A program made the position numbers and the translations under genes. This document shows, one piece after another, positions 51,686-60,783 of a DNA stretch of 64,000 nt. The stretch is from contig JBIPSI010000023.1 of the NCBI GenBank assembly GCA_044070495.1, forward strand, positions 1-64,000, read 5' to 3'. Numbering within the stretch: position 1 is the first letter of the stretch; each line of letters opens with the position of its first letter. The notes under the pieces were generated by a model. The model searched no databases. It was not told the origin of the DNA and saw only the letters and a program-made list of their open reading frames with translations. This stretch comes from Spirulina sp. GTDB lineage: Bacteria > Cyanobacteriota > Cyanobacteriia > Phormidesmidales > Phormidesmidaceae.

Positions 51686-52063
51686 TTAAACGCGCACCAT
51701 AGGATCCGGTTGGCACTGTTTTAGGGTCAAGAGTTGCCGCTCTAGGGACTCTTCCAACCCTGTGACTAGCAGAATGCCGTGATCGCTGGTGGGGCTATCG
51801 GCGATCCAGGTGCCGGGGAGGGTAATTTCCAGCCAATCGGCATCGCACACCGTGATCGCCAACCCCAGGCGGCGAGCTGTTTTCACTAGGGACTCTACCC
51901 CTGCGTTCTGGGCAGGAAAGGGGAGCGATCCATGGCTGGCCTGCATCCAGAGCGGTTGTCCAGAACGCAGGGCCACTAAGCTCCGCTGGGCCACCACCGC
52001 CTCCACGGGCTGAGTGACTCCTTCAACAAACGGTTCAACATCGGAATAGGTAATTTTCAACAT
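51686..52063 (-). CDS. alr0857 family protein
   Basis: MLKITY start, QR..VALRSGQ.L, CDADWLEITL.GTWI..G pattern recognised from memory of the family. Confidence 0.7.
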   Translation of the reverse strand: MLKITYSDVEPFVEGVTQPVEAVVAQRSLVALRSGQPLWMQASHGSLPFPAQNAGVESLVKTARRLGLAITVCDADWLEITLPGTWIADSPTSDHGILLVTGLEESLERQLLTLKQCQPDPMVRV

Positions 52064-52254
52064 GATCGGTCATGCCTAGGGCAAAAGTAAGGGCAAAAGA
52101 AGGACAAAAACGGCGCAGATCGGGCCAAGGTCGAAGGGGCCGAAAACCCACTCGCTGCGCCAAAAAGGTTGAGCTAAAGAATTGAGCAAAAAGGGATTGG
52201 GCAAACTTGGGCAAGGTTGAGCAAGGTTGAGCGATTCAAGCTCGACCCCAGATC

Positions 52255-52382
52255 GATCCACGCAGCCATGGATTCACGCAGCCATGGATCCACGCAGCCA
52301 TGGATTCACGCAGCCACCGATCCATGGGGACATCGATTAACACAGACATCGATCCACACAGGCATCGATCCACGAAGCCCCC
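52255..52382. repeat. Tandem array, 8 x 16 nt (consensus GATYCACRCAGVCATS)
   Basis: Exact 16-nt periodicity, no spacers; first four units nearly identical. Confidence 0.95.
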
Positions 52383-52644
52383 GTAAACGCCTGTCGTCCA
52401 AGGTTGAGTGAACGGGATATTAGGCCCAAGGGACACGGATCCGACGGGGACAAACTTCCCAGAGTGGCCGTTCCCGCTGGTGGGTCTCGCGATCCTTTCG
52501 TTGACCTAGCGGTGCCCTGCCATCGAAGACCAGAACACCCCGCCGAACGTCAACCGAGGCATAAACTGGCATAGTGCCCAAGCACGTCATGGCGATCCAG
52601 CCGCCCCCGTTGACTATCCAGGAGCCTTGAGGTTGCGTCGATCT

Positions 52645-52839
52645 GAGATCGATGCCCTAGGGTCTGAACCCTTAGGGCCTGAACCATTGGGGATCGAAGG
52701 CCCAAAAATTGGACGTTTAGGGATCGAATGCCTAGGGATTGAAGTCCCAGAAATTGAACCTTTATGGATCGAACGCCTAGGGATTGAAGTCCCAGGGATT
52801 GAGCCTTTAGGGATCGCAGTCCTAGGAATTGAACCTTTA
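52645..52839 (-). repeat. Tandem array, 13 x 15 nt, T-loop-like units
   Basis: Minus-strand units such as TAAAGGTTCAATTCC, TGGGACTTCAATCCC, TAGGCGTTCGATCCA; partial 45-nt super-period. Confidence 0.95.
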
Positions 52840-53171
52840 GCCAAACCTTGAGAAATGCTCCGCCAGAAATGCCCAGGCGTGCCCCTAGGTCAGCCCGTTT
52901 AATCACCATGGGGCTAATCGTAGGAATCATCGTGGGGCCTGTAATTCGGAGATCTGCCACCCTAGCCAACTGGCGCAGACCATCCCGCAGTAGGGCGATG
53001 GCGATTGTAGCGAAGCCAGTGAACCAGGTACCTTTCACAGCAGAACTCCTTCAGCCCAGGGCCGTTGAGGAAATACGTGCACGGTGTCTCATTAGAACGC
53101 GCCTAGGCGACTCTGTCTAGTGGCGTTCCTAGTGACTTTCGTTAGCACTGTAGATTTACCGAATTATGTCA

Positions 53172-53200
53172 ATACTACACGCGTAATACAAAAGTGTCTA
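53172..53200 (-). promoter_or_regulatory. Sigma70-type promoter overlapped by a TrcR-type operator
   Basis: Minus strand TAGACA (53200-53195), 17-nt spacer, TAGTAT (53177-53172); plus strand ATACTACACGCGTAATAC (53172-53189) resembles the Anabaena TrcR box as I recall it. Confidence 0.7.
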
Positions 53201-53262
53201 GACTATAAATGTTCTGGAAATGTTCTGTTTATTGTGTTCTCGCCATGGAGGTGTGCTCCCCG

Positions 53263-53616
53263 ATGCCAACCCTAACTCGCGTTTCAACCTCTGATATGGA
53301 AGTCACCAGCATTCGCCTAGAGCGCTCGCTGAAGGAAAAGCTCAAGGCGATGGCAGGCGACCGGGGCTATCAGGCGTTGATTCGCGACATCCTCTGGCAA
53401 TACGTAGAACACACCCCCGCCGCCCAAGTGGCTTCGTTACAACCCGAAGACATCTACGCCAGCTTTGCCGCTGTCTCCACCCACCCCCAAATCTGCGCCC
53501 TCACCGGAACCGCCATCCAACCCCAGGAATCCATTCACCTAGGACTAACGGCCCAGGGCACCCTCGTTCCCCTCAGCCTGCCCGCCGCCGCCACCCTAGG
53601 CAACCCGCCCCAATAA
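53263..53616 (+). CDS. trcR: Ribbon-helix-helix repressor, TrcR (All0854)-like
   Basis: MEVTSIRLE..LKEKLK....GYQALIRDILW.YV RHH segment, C-terminal C.LTG..I.P; GGAGG upstream; divergent from an alr0857 homologue. Confidence 0.75.
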   Translation: MPTLTRVSTSDMEVTSIRLERSLKEKLKAMAGDRGYQALIRDILWQYVEHTPAAQVASLQPEDIYASFAAVSTHPQICALTGTAIQPQESIHLGLTAQGTLVPLSLPAAATLGNPPQ

Positions 53617-53647
53617 CCAGTAACCAATAACCAGCAACCAATAACCA
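53611..53647. repeat. Heptamer short tandem repeat (CCARTAA)n
   Basis: CAATAACCAGTAACCAATAACCAGCAACCAATAACCA. Confidence 0.7.
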
Positions 53648-53774
53648 CCCCCCAAAACCCTTTAGCTTTTCTAAAGAACCCCCGGTGCCGCCCCATCCCT
53701 TTTTAAGATGATTATCCCCAGGTTAAAAACGAGGTTACCTCCCTGGGTAATGCCGTGAGATGAGGAACGGGCCG

Positions 53775-55784
53775 ATGTGTGGGATTGGCGGTGTGATGTA
53801 TGCGGATCCAAACCATCCTGTAGATCCAAAGATCTTAGTGGGGATGGCCGCCATTCAGTACCACCGAGGCCCGGATGGCTTTGGCTACGACATCGTGCCG
53901 GATCGAGGGGTGGGGTTTGCCCATGCGCGGCTGTCGATTATTGACCTAGACCCAGAGCGGGGGCGGCAACCCTTTCGATCCGCCGATGGCCAGTTTTTGA
54001 TTGCCCACAACGGCGAATTTTACGACTACAAACGCCTGCGGGCCGACCTCACCTCGCGGGGCTACCGCTTTCGCACCAAAAGCGACACGGAACTGCTGCT
54101 GCACCTCACCGACCGCTTTGGCCTAGAGGGTGCCCTGCCCCACCTGCGGGGGGAGTTTGCCTTTGCGGTCTACGAACGACAAGCGGATCGGCTGAGCCTG
54201 GTGCGAGATCGGTTTGGGGTGAAGCCGTTGTATTGGTGCCTGACGCCGGAGGGGTTGGTGTTTGGCTCGGAGATTAAGGTGGTGCTGGCCCATCCGGCGG
54301 TGAAGGCGCGGTTTGCGGCGGCGGGGCTGTATCACCAGTTGATGCAGACCATGGTTCCTGGCACCACGGCCTTTGAGGGCATCTATGCGGTGGAACCGGG
54401 GCAGCGGGTGATCGTACAGCGGCGGCAGGGGAAACTGGAGGTACGCACCGAATCCTACTGGGATTTGAACTTTCCGCTGATGGGTACCCGCCCCCAGCGC
54501 AGCGACGAAGACTGCATCGAAGAACTACGCCAGCGCTTTGTGGAGGCCATCCAACTGCGCCTAGAGGCCGATGTGCCCGTGGCCTGCTACCTGTCGGGGG
54601 GGATTGATTCCTGCTCGATTTTGGGCATCGCCGCCGCCTGTCAGCAGGCTCCGGTCAAAGCCTTCACCATCGGCTTCGACGACAGCGACTACGACGAAAC
54701 CGCCATCGCCCAGGAAATGGCCGCCGCCGTGGGGGCCGACCAAGACATTCTGCGGGTGGATGGTACCCAGCTTTATGACCACTTTGCCCGTACCCTCTGG
54801 CACACCGAACGCAGCATCTACAACACCTTCACCGTAGCCAAGTTGCTGATGAGCGAGCATGTGCATCGGGCGGGCTACAAGGTGGTGGTCACCGGAGAGG
54901 GGTCGGACGAACTGTTTGCGGGCTACCCCCAACTGCGGCTGGATATGATTCGCCACGGCATGGCCCAGGCCAGCGAGGCCGAGCGGGCCGATTTAGAATC
55001 CTGGCTAGCGGAAAGCAACAAGCTGTTTAAAGGCAACCTGCTAGCCGAAACGCCCCTAGAGGATGCCGCCCTCACCGAGGTGGTGGGGTTCACCCCCAGT
55101 TGTCTGCAATCTTGGCTGGGGTCGGCCCACTATGCCGAAACCCTGATCCATCCCGATTATCGTCAACCCCTGAAAGACTACGCCCCCGGTGCCGCCATTG
55201 CCGCCACCCTGCGGGCCGACCAACTGCAAGATCGCCACCCCCTCGACAAGGCCCAATACGTGTGGATTAAGACCCAGTTTGAATCCCAGGTGTTGGGCTG
55301 GGCCGGAGACCGGGTGGATATGGCCAATTCCATGGAGGCGCGTCCCGCCTTTTTGGATCATCCCCTGGTGGAGTTTGCCGTGACCCTGCCGCCCAACCTG
55401 CGCCTGCGGGGCCACCAAGACAAATACATCCTGCGGGAAACCATGCGGGATCTCCTACCCGAAACCCTCTACAAACGCCAGAAATTTGCCTTCATGGCTC
55501 CCCCCTCCCACACCGACCAGGTGAAACAGCGGGCCATGCAAACTCTGGCCGATCAGTACCTCAGCCCGGAGGCGGTGGGTAAGGCCGGACTGCTTGACCA
55601 CGCCGCCGTGCAGGGCGTCCTACAGCAACACCGCACCGAAACTACCCCCGTCGCCGAACGGGTGCAGCTCGATGCGGTAATTAACCACATGCTGAGCGTG
55701 CAGATTCTCCACCAGCACTTTGTCGCCCAGGATATCCCAGCGGTGGCCCAAGCCCAGGCCCAGCGGTTGGGCTGGCAACCCTAG
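53775..55784 (+). CDS. asnB: Asparagine synthase (glutamine-hydrolysing) family amidotransferase
   Basis: N-terminal MCGI, HRGPD, NGE, SDTE, LSGGIDS, GEGSDE. Confidence 0.93.
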   Translation: MCGIGGVMYADPNHPVDPKILVGMAAIQYHRGPDGFGYDIVPDRGVGFAHARLSIIDLDPERGRQPFRSADGQFLIAHNGEFYDYKRLRADLTSRGYRFRTKSDTELLLHLTDRFGLEGALPHLRGEFAFAVYERQADRLSLVRDRFGVKPLYWCLTPEGLVFGSEIKVVLAHPAVKARFAAAGLYHQLMQTMVPGTTAFEGIYAVEPGQRVIVQRRQGKLEVRTESYWDLNFPLMGTRPQRSDEDCIEELRQRFVEAIQLRLEADVPVACYLSGGIDSCSILGIAAACQQAPVKAFTIGFDDSDYDETAIAQEMAAAVGADQDILRVDGTQLYDHFARTLWHTERSIYNTFTVAKLLMSEHVHRAGYKVVVTGEGSDELFAGYPQLRLDMIRHGMAQASEAERADLESWLAESNKLFKGNLLAETPLEDAALTEVVGFTPSCLQSWLGSAHYAETLIHPDYRQPLKDYAPGAAIAATLRADQLQDRHPLDKAQYVWIKTQFESQVLGWAGDRVDMANSMEARPAFLDHPLVEFAVTLPPNLRLRGHQDKYILRETMRDLLPETLYKRQKFAFMAPPSHTDQVKQRAMQTLADQYLSPEAVGKAGLLDHAAVQGVLQQHRTETTPVAERVQLDAVINHMLSVQILHQHFVAQDIPAVAQAQAQRLGWQP

Positions 55785-55890
55785 GTCAAGCCTCAGTAGA
55801 TCACAAACACGCTCTTTTGCCGTGATCCAGCACTTACCCTTGGGGAGAGGGACTTTGAAAACCGTTTCCGGCTCCCTTCTTCCTCCTGAG

Positions 55891-56055
55891 CTACTGTGTA
55901 TACACATCTTGTTTTCATGCCGCAAGTCCTCGGAGATCCCCCTAAATCCCCCTTAAAAAGGGGGACTTTGAATCCGGTTCCCCCCTTTTTAAGGGGGGCT
56001 AGGGGGGATCAATTCCCTATGTCGTATACGTCAAAGACTTGTGCGTACACAGTAG
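55891..56055. mobile_element. MITE-like element containing a nested palindromic short dispersed repeat
   Basis: Inverted ends CTACTGTGTATACACA / TGTGCGTACACAGTAG (14/16); inner palindrome 55935-56010. Confidence 0.65.
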
Positions 56056-56094
56056 TCCCTACGGGTGGATGGGTTGGGGGGATGGGGTTTAGGA

Positions 56095-56622
56095 TTAGCC
56101 TTGGCCAGCGGCGGCGGTGGCGGGGAGTTTGGCTTCGACCGTTTGGCCGCTGTGGACGACCATCACCGAGCAAGCGGAATGGTGCATAACATGGTTGCTG
56201 ACGCTGCCCAGCAGCAGTTCGCCCAGCCCTTTACGGCCATGGCTCCCCACCACAATTAAGTCGGCTTCCCAGGATTTGGCCACGGCGCAAATGGTGGTGG
56301 CCGGATCACCTGCCGCTTGGGAAAATTCGGCTTCTACCCCAGCGGCCTTGGCGAGGTCAGCCTCCCGTTGCAGCATGGCGAGACGGTTGGATTCAAAGGT
56401 TTCCCAGCGTTTTTGGTAGTCCTTCCACACAGCATCATCCAGCACCGGATAGTAGGCCTGATAGGAGCGAATGGGAATGCCCGGACTACCTTCTTCGTAG
56501 GCCGACAGCACATGGAGCAGCATCAAATTGGCTCCGGTGGCCTGGGCTAAATCCAAGGCTTGCTCAAACACCGTTTGCCGTAGGGACGAGCTATCTAGGG
56601 CCACAAGAATGCGTTTAAACAT
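56095..56622 (-). CDS. Universal stress protein (UspA family)
   Basis: ILVALD, GDP..IC, DLIVVGSHGR, LLGSVS. Confidence 0.95.
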   Translation of the reverse strand: MFKRILVALDSSSLRQTVFEQALDLAQATGANLMLLHVLSAYEEGSPGIPIRSYQAYYPVLDDAVWKDYQKRWETFESNRLAMLQREADLAKAAGVEAEFSQAAGDPATTICAVAKSWEADLIVVGSHGRKGLGELLLGSVSNHVMHHSACSVMVVHSGQTVEAKLPATAAAGQG

Positions 56623-56893
56623 GGTGAGTCTCCTCTGCTTCTAGTAGCCCGCTTTCCTAGTTGCTCTGAACTGAAGCGATGAAACCAGGGAAACACCAGC
56701 GGTAAACCACCAGCGGTAGAGAACCAGAGCCAGGGGCCGTAGGCTATGTCTTTATTATAAAAAATGCCCCTAGGGTATCCCCCAGGGCTTAACAATGCCG
56801 CAACAAAGCCAAAGTTCAAAGGCCAAGAACCGTCGGTGCTAACATTGCCCGTTACCTCAACTCCGCTGAGGCGTTCCCTGCCTAGGTGGTAAC

Positions 56894-57023
56894 CCAGTTG
56901 ACTGACAAAACTTGCTAGAACCTACATCTGACAAAGGGGCAGGAGACCTGACCCCTACATGAAACCAATCCTGTAGGGGCGCGGTTTTCGCGCCCGACGC
57001 AGCATCTTTTGTCAGTCAGCTAG
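56894..57023. mobile_element. 130-bp MITE with 17-bp TIRs and 9-bp target-site duplication
   Basis: CCAGTTGACTGACAAAA ... TTTTGTCAGTCAGCTAG flanked by GGTGGTAAC at 56885-56893 and 57024-57032; internal GTAG-type REP hairpin. Confidence 0.8.
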
Positions 57024-57040
57024 GGTGGTAACAGAAGAGC

Positions 57041-57532
57041 CTAGCGATAGTTGGTAAATTGCAGCGCTACGGGCCATTCTTCCTGCTTCACCAACTGCAT
57101 GGCCTGTTGTAGGTCATCTTTAGATTTACCCGATACCCGCACGGCATCGCCCTGGATGGAGGCGGTGACTTTTTTGAGGTTGTCGCGGATGAGCTTGGAG
57201 ACCTGCTTGGCAATGTCTTGGCTCATGCCTTTCTTAAGGGTGATCTGCTGGCGCACTCGGTTGCCGCTGGCGGATTCCACCGTACCATAGTCAAAAATTT
57301 TCAGGGAAAGATCCCGCTTTGCCGCCTTTTGGTGCATTAGCTCCTTCACCGAATCCAGGCTCATCTGGCTGGCGGTTTCGATGGTGATGGTGTCGTTACT
57401 GAGGTCGATGCTGGTTTTGCTGTCTTTTAGGTCGTAGCGGCTGGTGACATCGCGGCGGGTTTGGTCGAGGGCGTTGACCAGTTCTTGGCGATCAAAATCG
57501 CTGACAATATCAAAGGAAAACGTAGAGGCCAT
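57041..57532 (-). CDS. yajQ: YajQ family nucleotide-binding protein
   Basis: [34 protein letters not shown]. Confidence 0.95.
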   Translation of the reverse strand: MASTFSFDIVSDFDRQELVNALDQTRRDVTSRYDLKDSKTSIDLSNDTITIETASQMSLDSVKELMHQKAAKRDLSLKIFDYGTVESASGNRVRQQITLKKGMSQDIAKQVSKLIRDNLKKVTASIQGDAVRVSGKSKDDLQQAMQLVKQEEWPVALQFTNYR

Positions 57533-57599
57533 CGTGGAGGGTCTCCCAAATACAAACAGTTTTTATCAATCAGAATCAATTAGACGAGTCAAGAACAGC

Positions 57600-58004
57600 C
57601 TACAGGAAGGCCGAGCGACAACTCAAGACATAGAGGGTAATGGTGCCCAAGTTGGCCAAGCCAAACATCAGGGAACGCAGGGCGGGCACATTGGCAATGT
57701 AGAACACCGGATACAGCGCTCTGGCCACCAGATAGACCACCGCCGCCCCCAGAGCCACCGTAGACTGCTGCTGGGTGATGTAGGCCATTAGTGCCGCCGG
57801 GGTAAAGAGAATCATCGATTCAAAGGCGTTTTCGTGGGCCCAGGTGGCCCGTTGGGCATAGGGGGGCAGCTTGGCCAGCATGGCGCGGGGGGCCGATTGG
57901 TCGTAGCCCACCTTGAAGCGGGCATAGCCCACCGCAAAGAAGGGCACGTACACAAGCACCGCCGCGAGGGCAATACTAAGCAGGAGAAAACCGGGCATTG
58001 CCAT
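57600..58004 (-). CDS. MAPEG family membrane protein
   Basis: RATWAHENAFE, AR.LY..FY. Confidence 0.88.
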   Translation of the reverse strand: MAMPGFLLLSIALAAVLVYVPFFAVGYARFKVGYDQSAPRAMLAKLPPYAQRATWAHENAFESMILFTPAALMAYITQQQSTVALGAAVVYLVARALYPVFYIANVPALRSLMFGLANLGTITLYVLSCRSAFL

Positions 58005-58051
58005 GACGATTCCCTAATTGAAGTAAGACAGCGTTGTTAAGTGGGCCATAC

Positions 58052-58105
58052 TCGGTGGGCAATGCCCTACCAAAAGCTATATTCGGTGGGCAGTGCCCAC
58101 CCTAC
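58052..58105. repeat. Two REP-like units
   Basis: TCGGTGGGCAATGCCCTAC and TCGGTGGGCAGTGCCCACCCTAC. Confidence 0.65.
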
Positions 58106-58121
58106 CGAGATTGCTTGTTTC

Positions 58122-58625
58122 CTAATCGAAGTAAAACAGGGTCACAATTTTGCGCTGGTCTTCGGCGTCTTGGCAGGTGCGTAGCAGGGTGTGGCTGTCG
58201 TGGAAGGCAAAGCAGATCAGCTGTTGACAGCGGGAGATAATTTCTTGGTTGCAGATAGAGCTGGCCTCCGCCAGGGAGAGTACGTCGTTGGAGGGATTTT
58301 CCACCAAATGCATGACATCCTCTAACTGCTCCCGCGACTCACGGGGCTGACGCTCCAGGCTTTGGGGCAAAATCACCGTGAGCAGGTTGGGATCGGCCTT
58401 CATCGCCCCCCGAATGGCCGCTGAGTTGGTGCCCGTTGCGCCGGAGGTAATCACCCGATTGCCGCCTAAGACCAGGGCGTAGGTCATCAACTCGATGAGC
58501 TGCTGATGGGTGATGGGCACATGGCGCGACCCAAGAATGGCCACCCGCTTAGAACCGGACTGTTGAATGGCGGCCAGTTCCTGGAGGAATGTATCGACTT
58601 TGGAGGCTTCGATGGACTGACTCAA
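58122..58625 (-). CDS. DprA/Smf-like Rossmann-fold (SLOG) protein
   Basis: VAILGSR, TSGATGTN.A; conserved cyanobacterial protein. Confidence 0.75.
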   Translation of the reverse strand: MSQSIEASKVDTFLQELAAIQQSGSKRVAILGSRHVPITHQQLIELMTYALVLGGNRVITSGATGTNSAAIRGAMKADPNLLTVILPQSLERQPRESREQLEDVMHLVENPSNDVLSLAEASSICNQEIISRCQQLICFAFHDSHTLLRTCQDAEDQRKIVTLFYFD

Positions 58626-58707
58626 CGACTACACCAATTAGGAGAAGACGGGCTTCATTGTATCAGACCCCCGTTCTCCCTGGGCAGGCCCACCGGGGAG
58701 ATTGCCC

Positions 58708-59799
58708 CTAGCCCGCCGAGACAGGCAGTTTCAGGTCAATCAGGCTGAGTAGGCGATCTAGATCGAGGTGATTGGCTACCAAATCCTGCACACACTGCAC
58801 CTTAACGGGCTGATGTAGGCGCACTTGGCCAAACAGTTCGTCGATGCGCTCCACGGTGGAGAGGGTGTCGGAATCCACCGCCATAATGGGAATTTCCAGG
58901 TCGGTGGCCCGCTCTAGGATGGCGGGGATGGGCGGAATTTGCCCTGTCAGCACCAGGCACTGGGTGGAGGTTTCGAGGGCGGCAAACTGAATATCGGTGC
59001 GGTCGCCCCCGGTGACCACGGCCATGTTTAGCCCCTTACGGAAGTAACGCAGGGCCGAGTTAACGTTCATCGCCCCAATGGTGAGGGTTTCCACCATCAG
59101 TTCCATGCGGTCGGGGCAGCAAAGAATTTCAGCGTGTAGTCGCTCCACAATTTCGCCCACAGTGATGCTCCGCATAATGGGGGATCGCGGAAACAGCGCC
59201 AGCACCGGAATCCCCTGCTGCTCTAGGAAGGGCTTGGTAACCTGATGGGCCATCTCTAGGCTGTCATCGGGCACATCGTTGAGGATGACCCCCACCAAAT
59301 GGTGGTTCAGTTGGGCCTTGGCAGACAGCAGCCGATCCACCAGCAGCGGCGAGTCGTAACGGGTGACGAGCAGAACGGGGGCATCCAGGGCGGCGGCCAT
59401 GTGAGGCAAGGACAGATGGAGCATCGTGCCCTCGGTCAGGTTGCCGGGGCCTTCTAGCAGCAGCAGCGATTCCCCTTGGTTTTGGCCGTAGGGGGTGAGG
59501 CTATAGTCGGCCCTCTCGTCTAGGGTCAGGCGTTCGCCCACCGTGGCTTCGGTCAGGGAGGTGACGGGGGGATAGTAGCGGTTGGCAGAGAGCTTTAGGG
59601 TCTCCACAATGAAGTCAAGGTCGGGATCGAGGGCGGCCTGGCCCACGGCACTGCCCAGGGGTTTACCAAAGGCAATATCCAAACCCATGGCCTGAAGTTG
59701 CAGCCCGATACCCAGGATGGCTGCCGACTTGCCACTATAAGGCTCGGTCGATCCAATCAACAAATGCTTTGAACTGGGCACGCCATCACTCCTTACCAT
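58708..59799 (-). CDS. Phosphotransacetylase N-terminal-like protein (BioD-like plus DRTGG domain)
   Basis: YSGKS, KPLG, LEG, VVTGGDRTDI. Confidence 0.88.
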   Translation of the reverse strand: MVRSDGVPSSKHLLIGSTEPYSGKSAAILGIGLQLQAMGLDIAFGKPLGSAVGQAALDPDLDFIVETLKLSANRYYPPVTSLTEATVGERLTLDERADYSLTPYGQNQGESLLLLEGPGNLTEGTMLHLSLPHMAAALDAPVLLVTRYDSPLLVDRLLSAKAQLNHHLVGVILNDVPDDSLEMAHQVTKPFLEQQGIPVLALFPRSPIMRSITVGEIVERLHAEILCCPDRMELMVETLTIGAMNVNSALRYFRKGLNMAVVTGGDRTDIQFAALETSTQCLVLTGQIPPIPAILERATDLEIPIMAVDSDTLSTVERIDELFGQVRLHQPVKVQCVQDLVANHLDLDRLLSLIDLKLPVSAG

Positions 59800-60009
59800 C
59801 GGGGGAACCGTTTATTCTCTAGGGTAGACCAAACCATGCCCCTGACAATACCCACCCCATTTCCCCGACTCAGAACAAGGCTCCAACGGCTGAGGCTTAC
59901 CTGAACGCTAAGGGCCATTATCCCCACCGCGAACCACAACAATAACGCCCAGGGGCATCAGACCCTTGGGAATCCCGGTAAGCGGTGGCTTGGGGTGGAG
60001 AGAATCGCC

Positions 60010-60390
60010 CTAATCTTCGGCCCGCAACAGCTTGCGATAGAACGCCTTGGAGAAATCCGGGGTTCGTTTGTTGCGCAGGGCTACGATGACATCAAACAAA
60101 AAGTCCACAAACTCAAAGGTAGCCATCACAATTTCGTAGCTGAGGTCGGCATCGCCATCAAATTGCAGGCGACATCGGGTGAGGTCGGCGGGCAACATCG
60201 AGACATTCCAGGTGGCGATAAAGGCGATGCTTTCTCCGCCCTCGATGTGTCTTTCTCCCTCTAAATTGCCCTGTTTATATAGAGAAATAGCATAGGGAAG
60301 GGCGGCGCGCTTATTGCCCTGGTAGTAGGGCATATACACGCCAACATCTTGCTTACCAGCCGGTTGAATATCCTCAAATGTCAAGCGCAT
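60010..60390 (-). CDS. ebsA: Type IV pilus/biofilm protein EbsA
   Basis: VYMPYYQG.KR..LPYAISLY..G.LEG.R.IEGG, DF...FYRKL. Confidence 0.75.
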   Translation of the reverse strand: MRLTFEDIQPAGKQDVGVYMPYYQGNKRAALPYAISLYKQGNLEGERHIEGGESIAFIATWNVSMLPADLTRCRLQFDGDADLSYEIVMATFEFVDFLFDVIVALRNKRTPDFSKAFYRKLLRAED

Positions 60391-60783
60391 GGGTGTGGCC
60401 TTAAAGTGTGGCAAAGCGGAAGGGCAATGGGTTGGAGAAACGTGCTCCGGTACCCCCTGGCCTCAAAGGGTACCCGCACGGTTGCTGGGTCTCCCCTGGG
60501 GCGATTTCTAGCCTGATCTAGAGGTCAGGGTACCGCGAACTCCTCGGTACGAACTATAACCTCCTGGAAAGATGGCAAAACCTTTGCAATTTGGCGTTGA
60601 GGCCGCCCATCAGCGCCATCCCAGGGGGCTAGGATTAGCGTTCCCCTCTTTTAGGGGCAAGACATCACCTCATTTTTTTCTTCAACATCGGGGATGATAA
60701 AGCGGGATAATAGGTAAACCTTAGTAACGTTACGTAAAGAACGTTTCCCCGTTCCTTCGTGGTGCTCTGTGCGGTTCTCGTCC

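Noticed and set aside
52255..52839. CRISPR array
   Set aside because: Units are head-to-tail with no unique spacers, too short (15-16 nt), and no cas genes are in the window.
52076..53165. Intact tRNA genes in the trcR-alr0857 interval
   Set aside because: Only T-loop-like motifs were found; I could not build an acceptor stem, D arm and anticodon arm around any of them.
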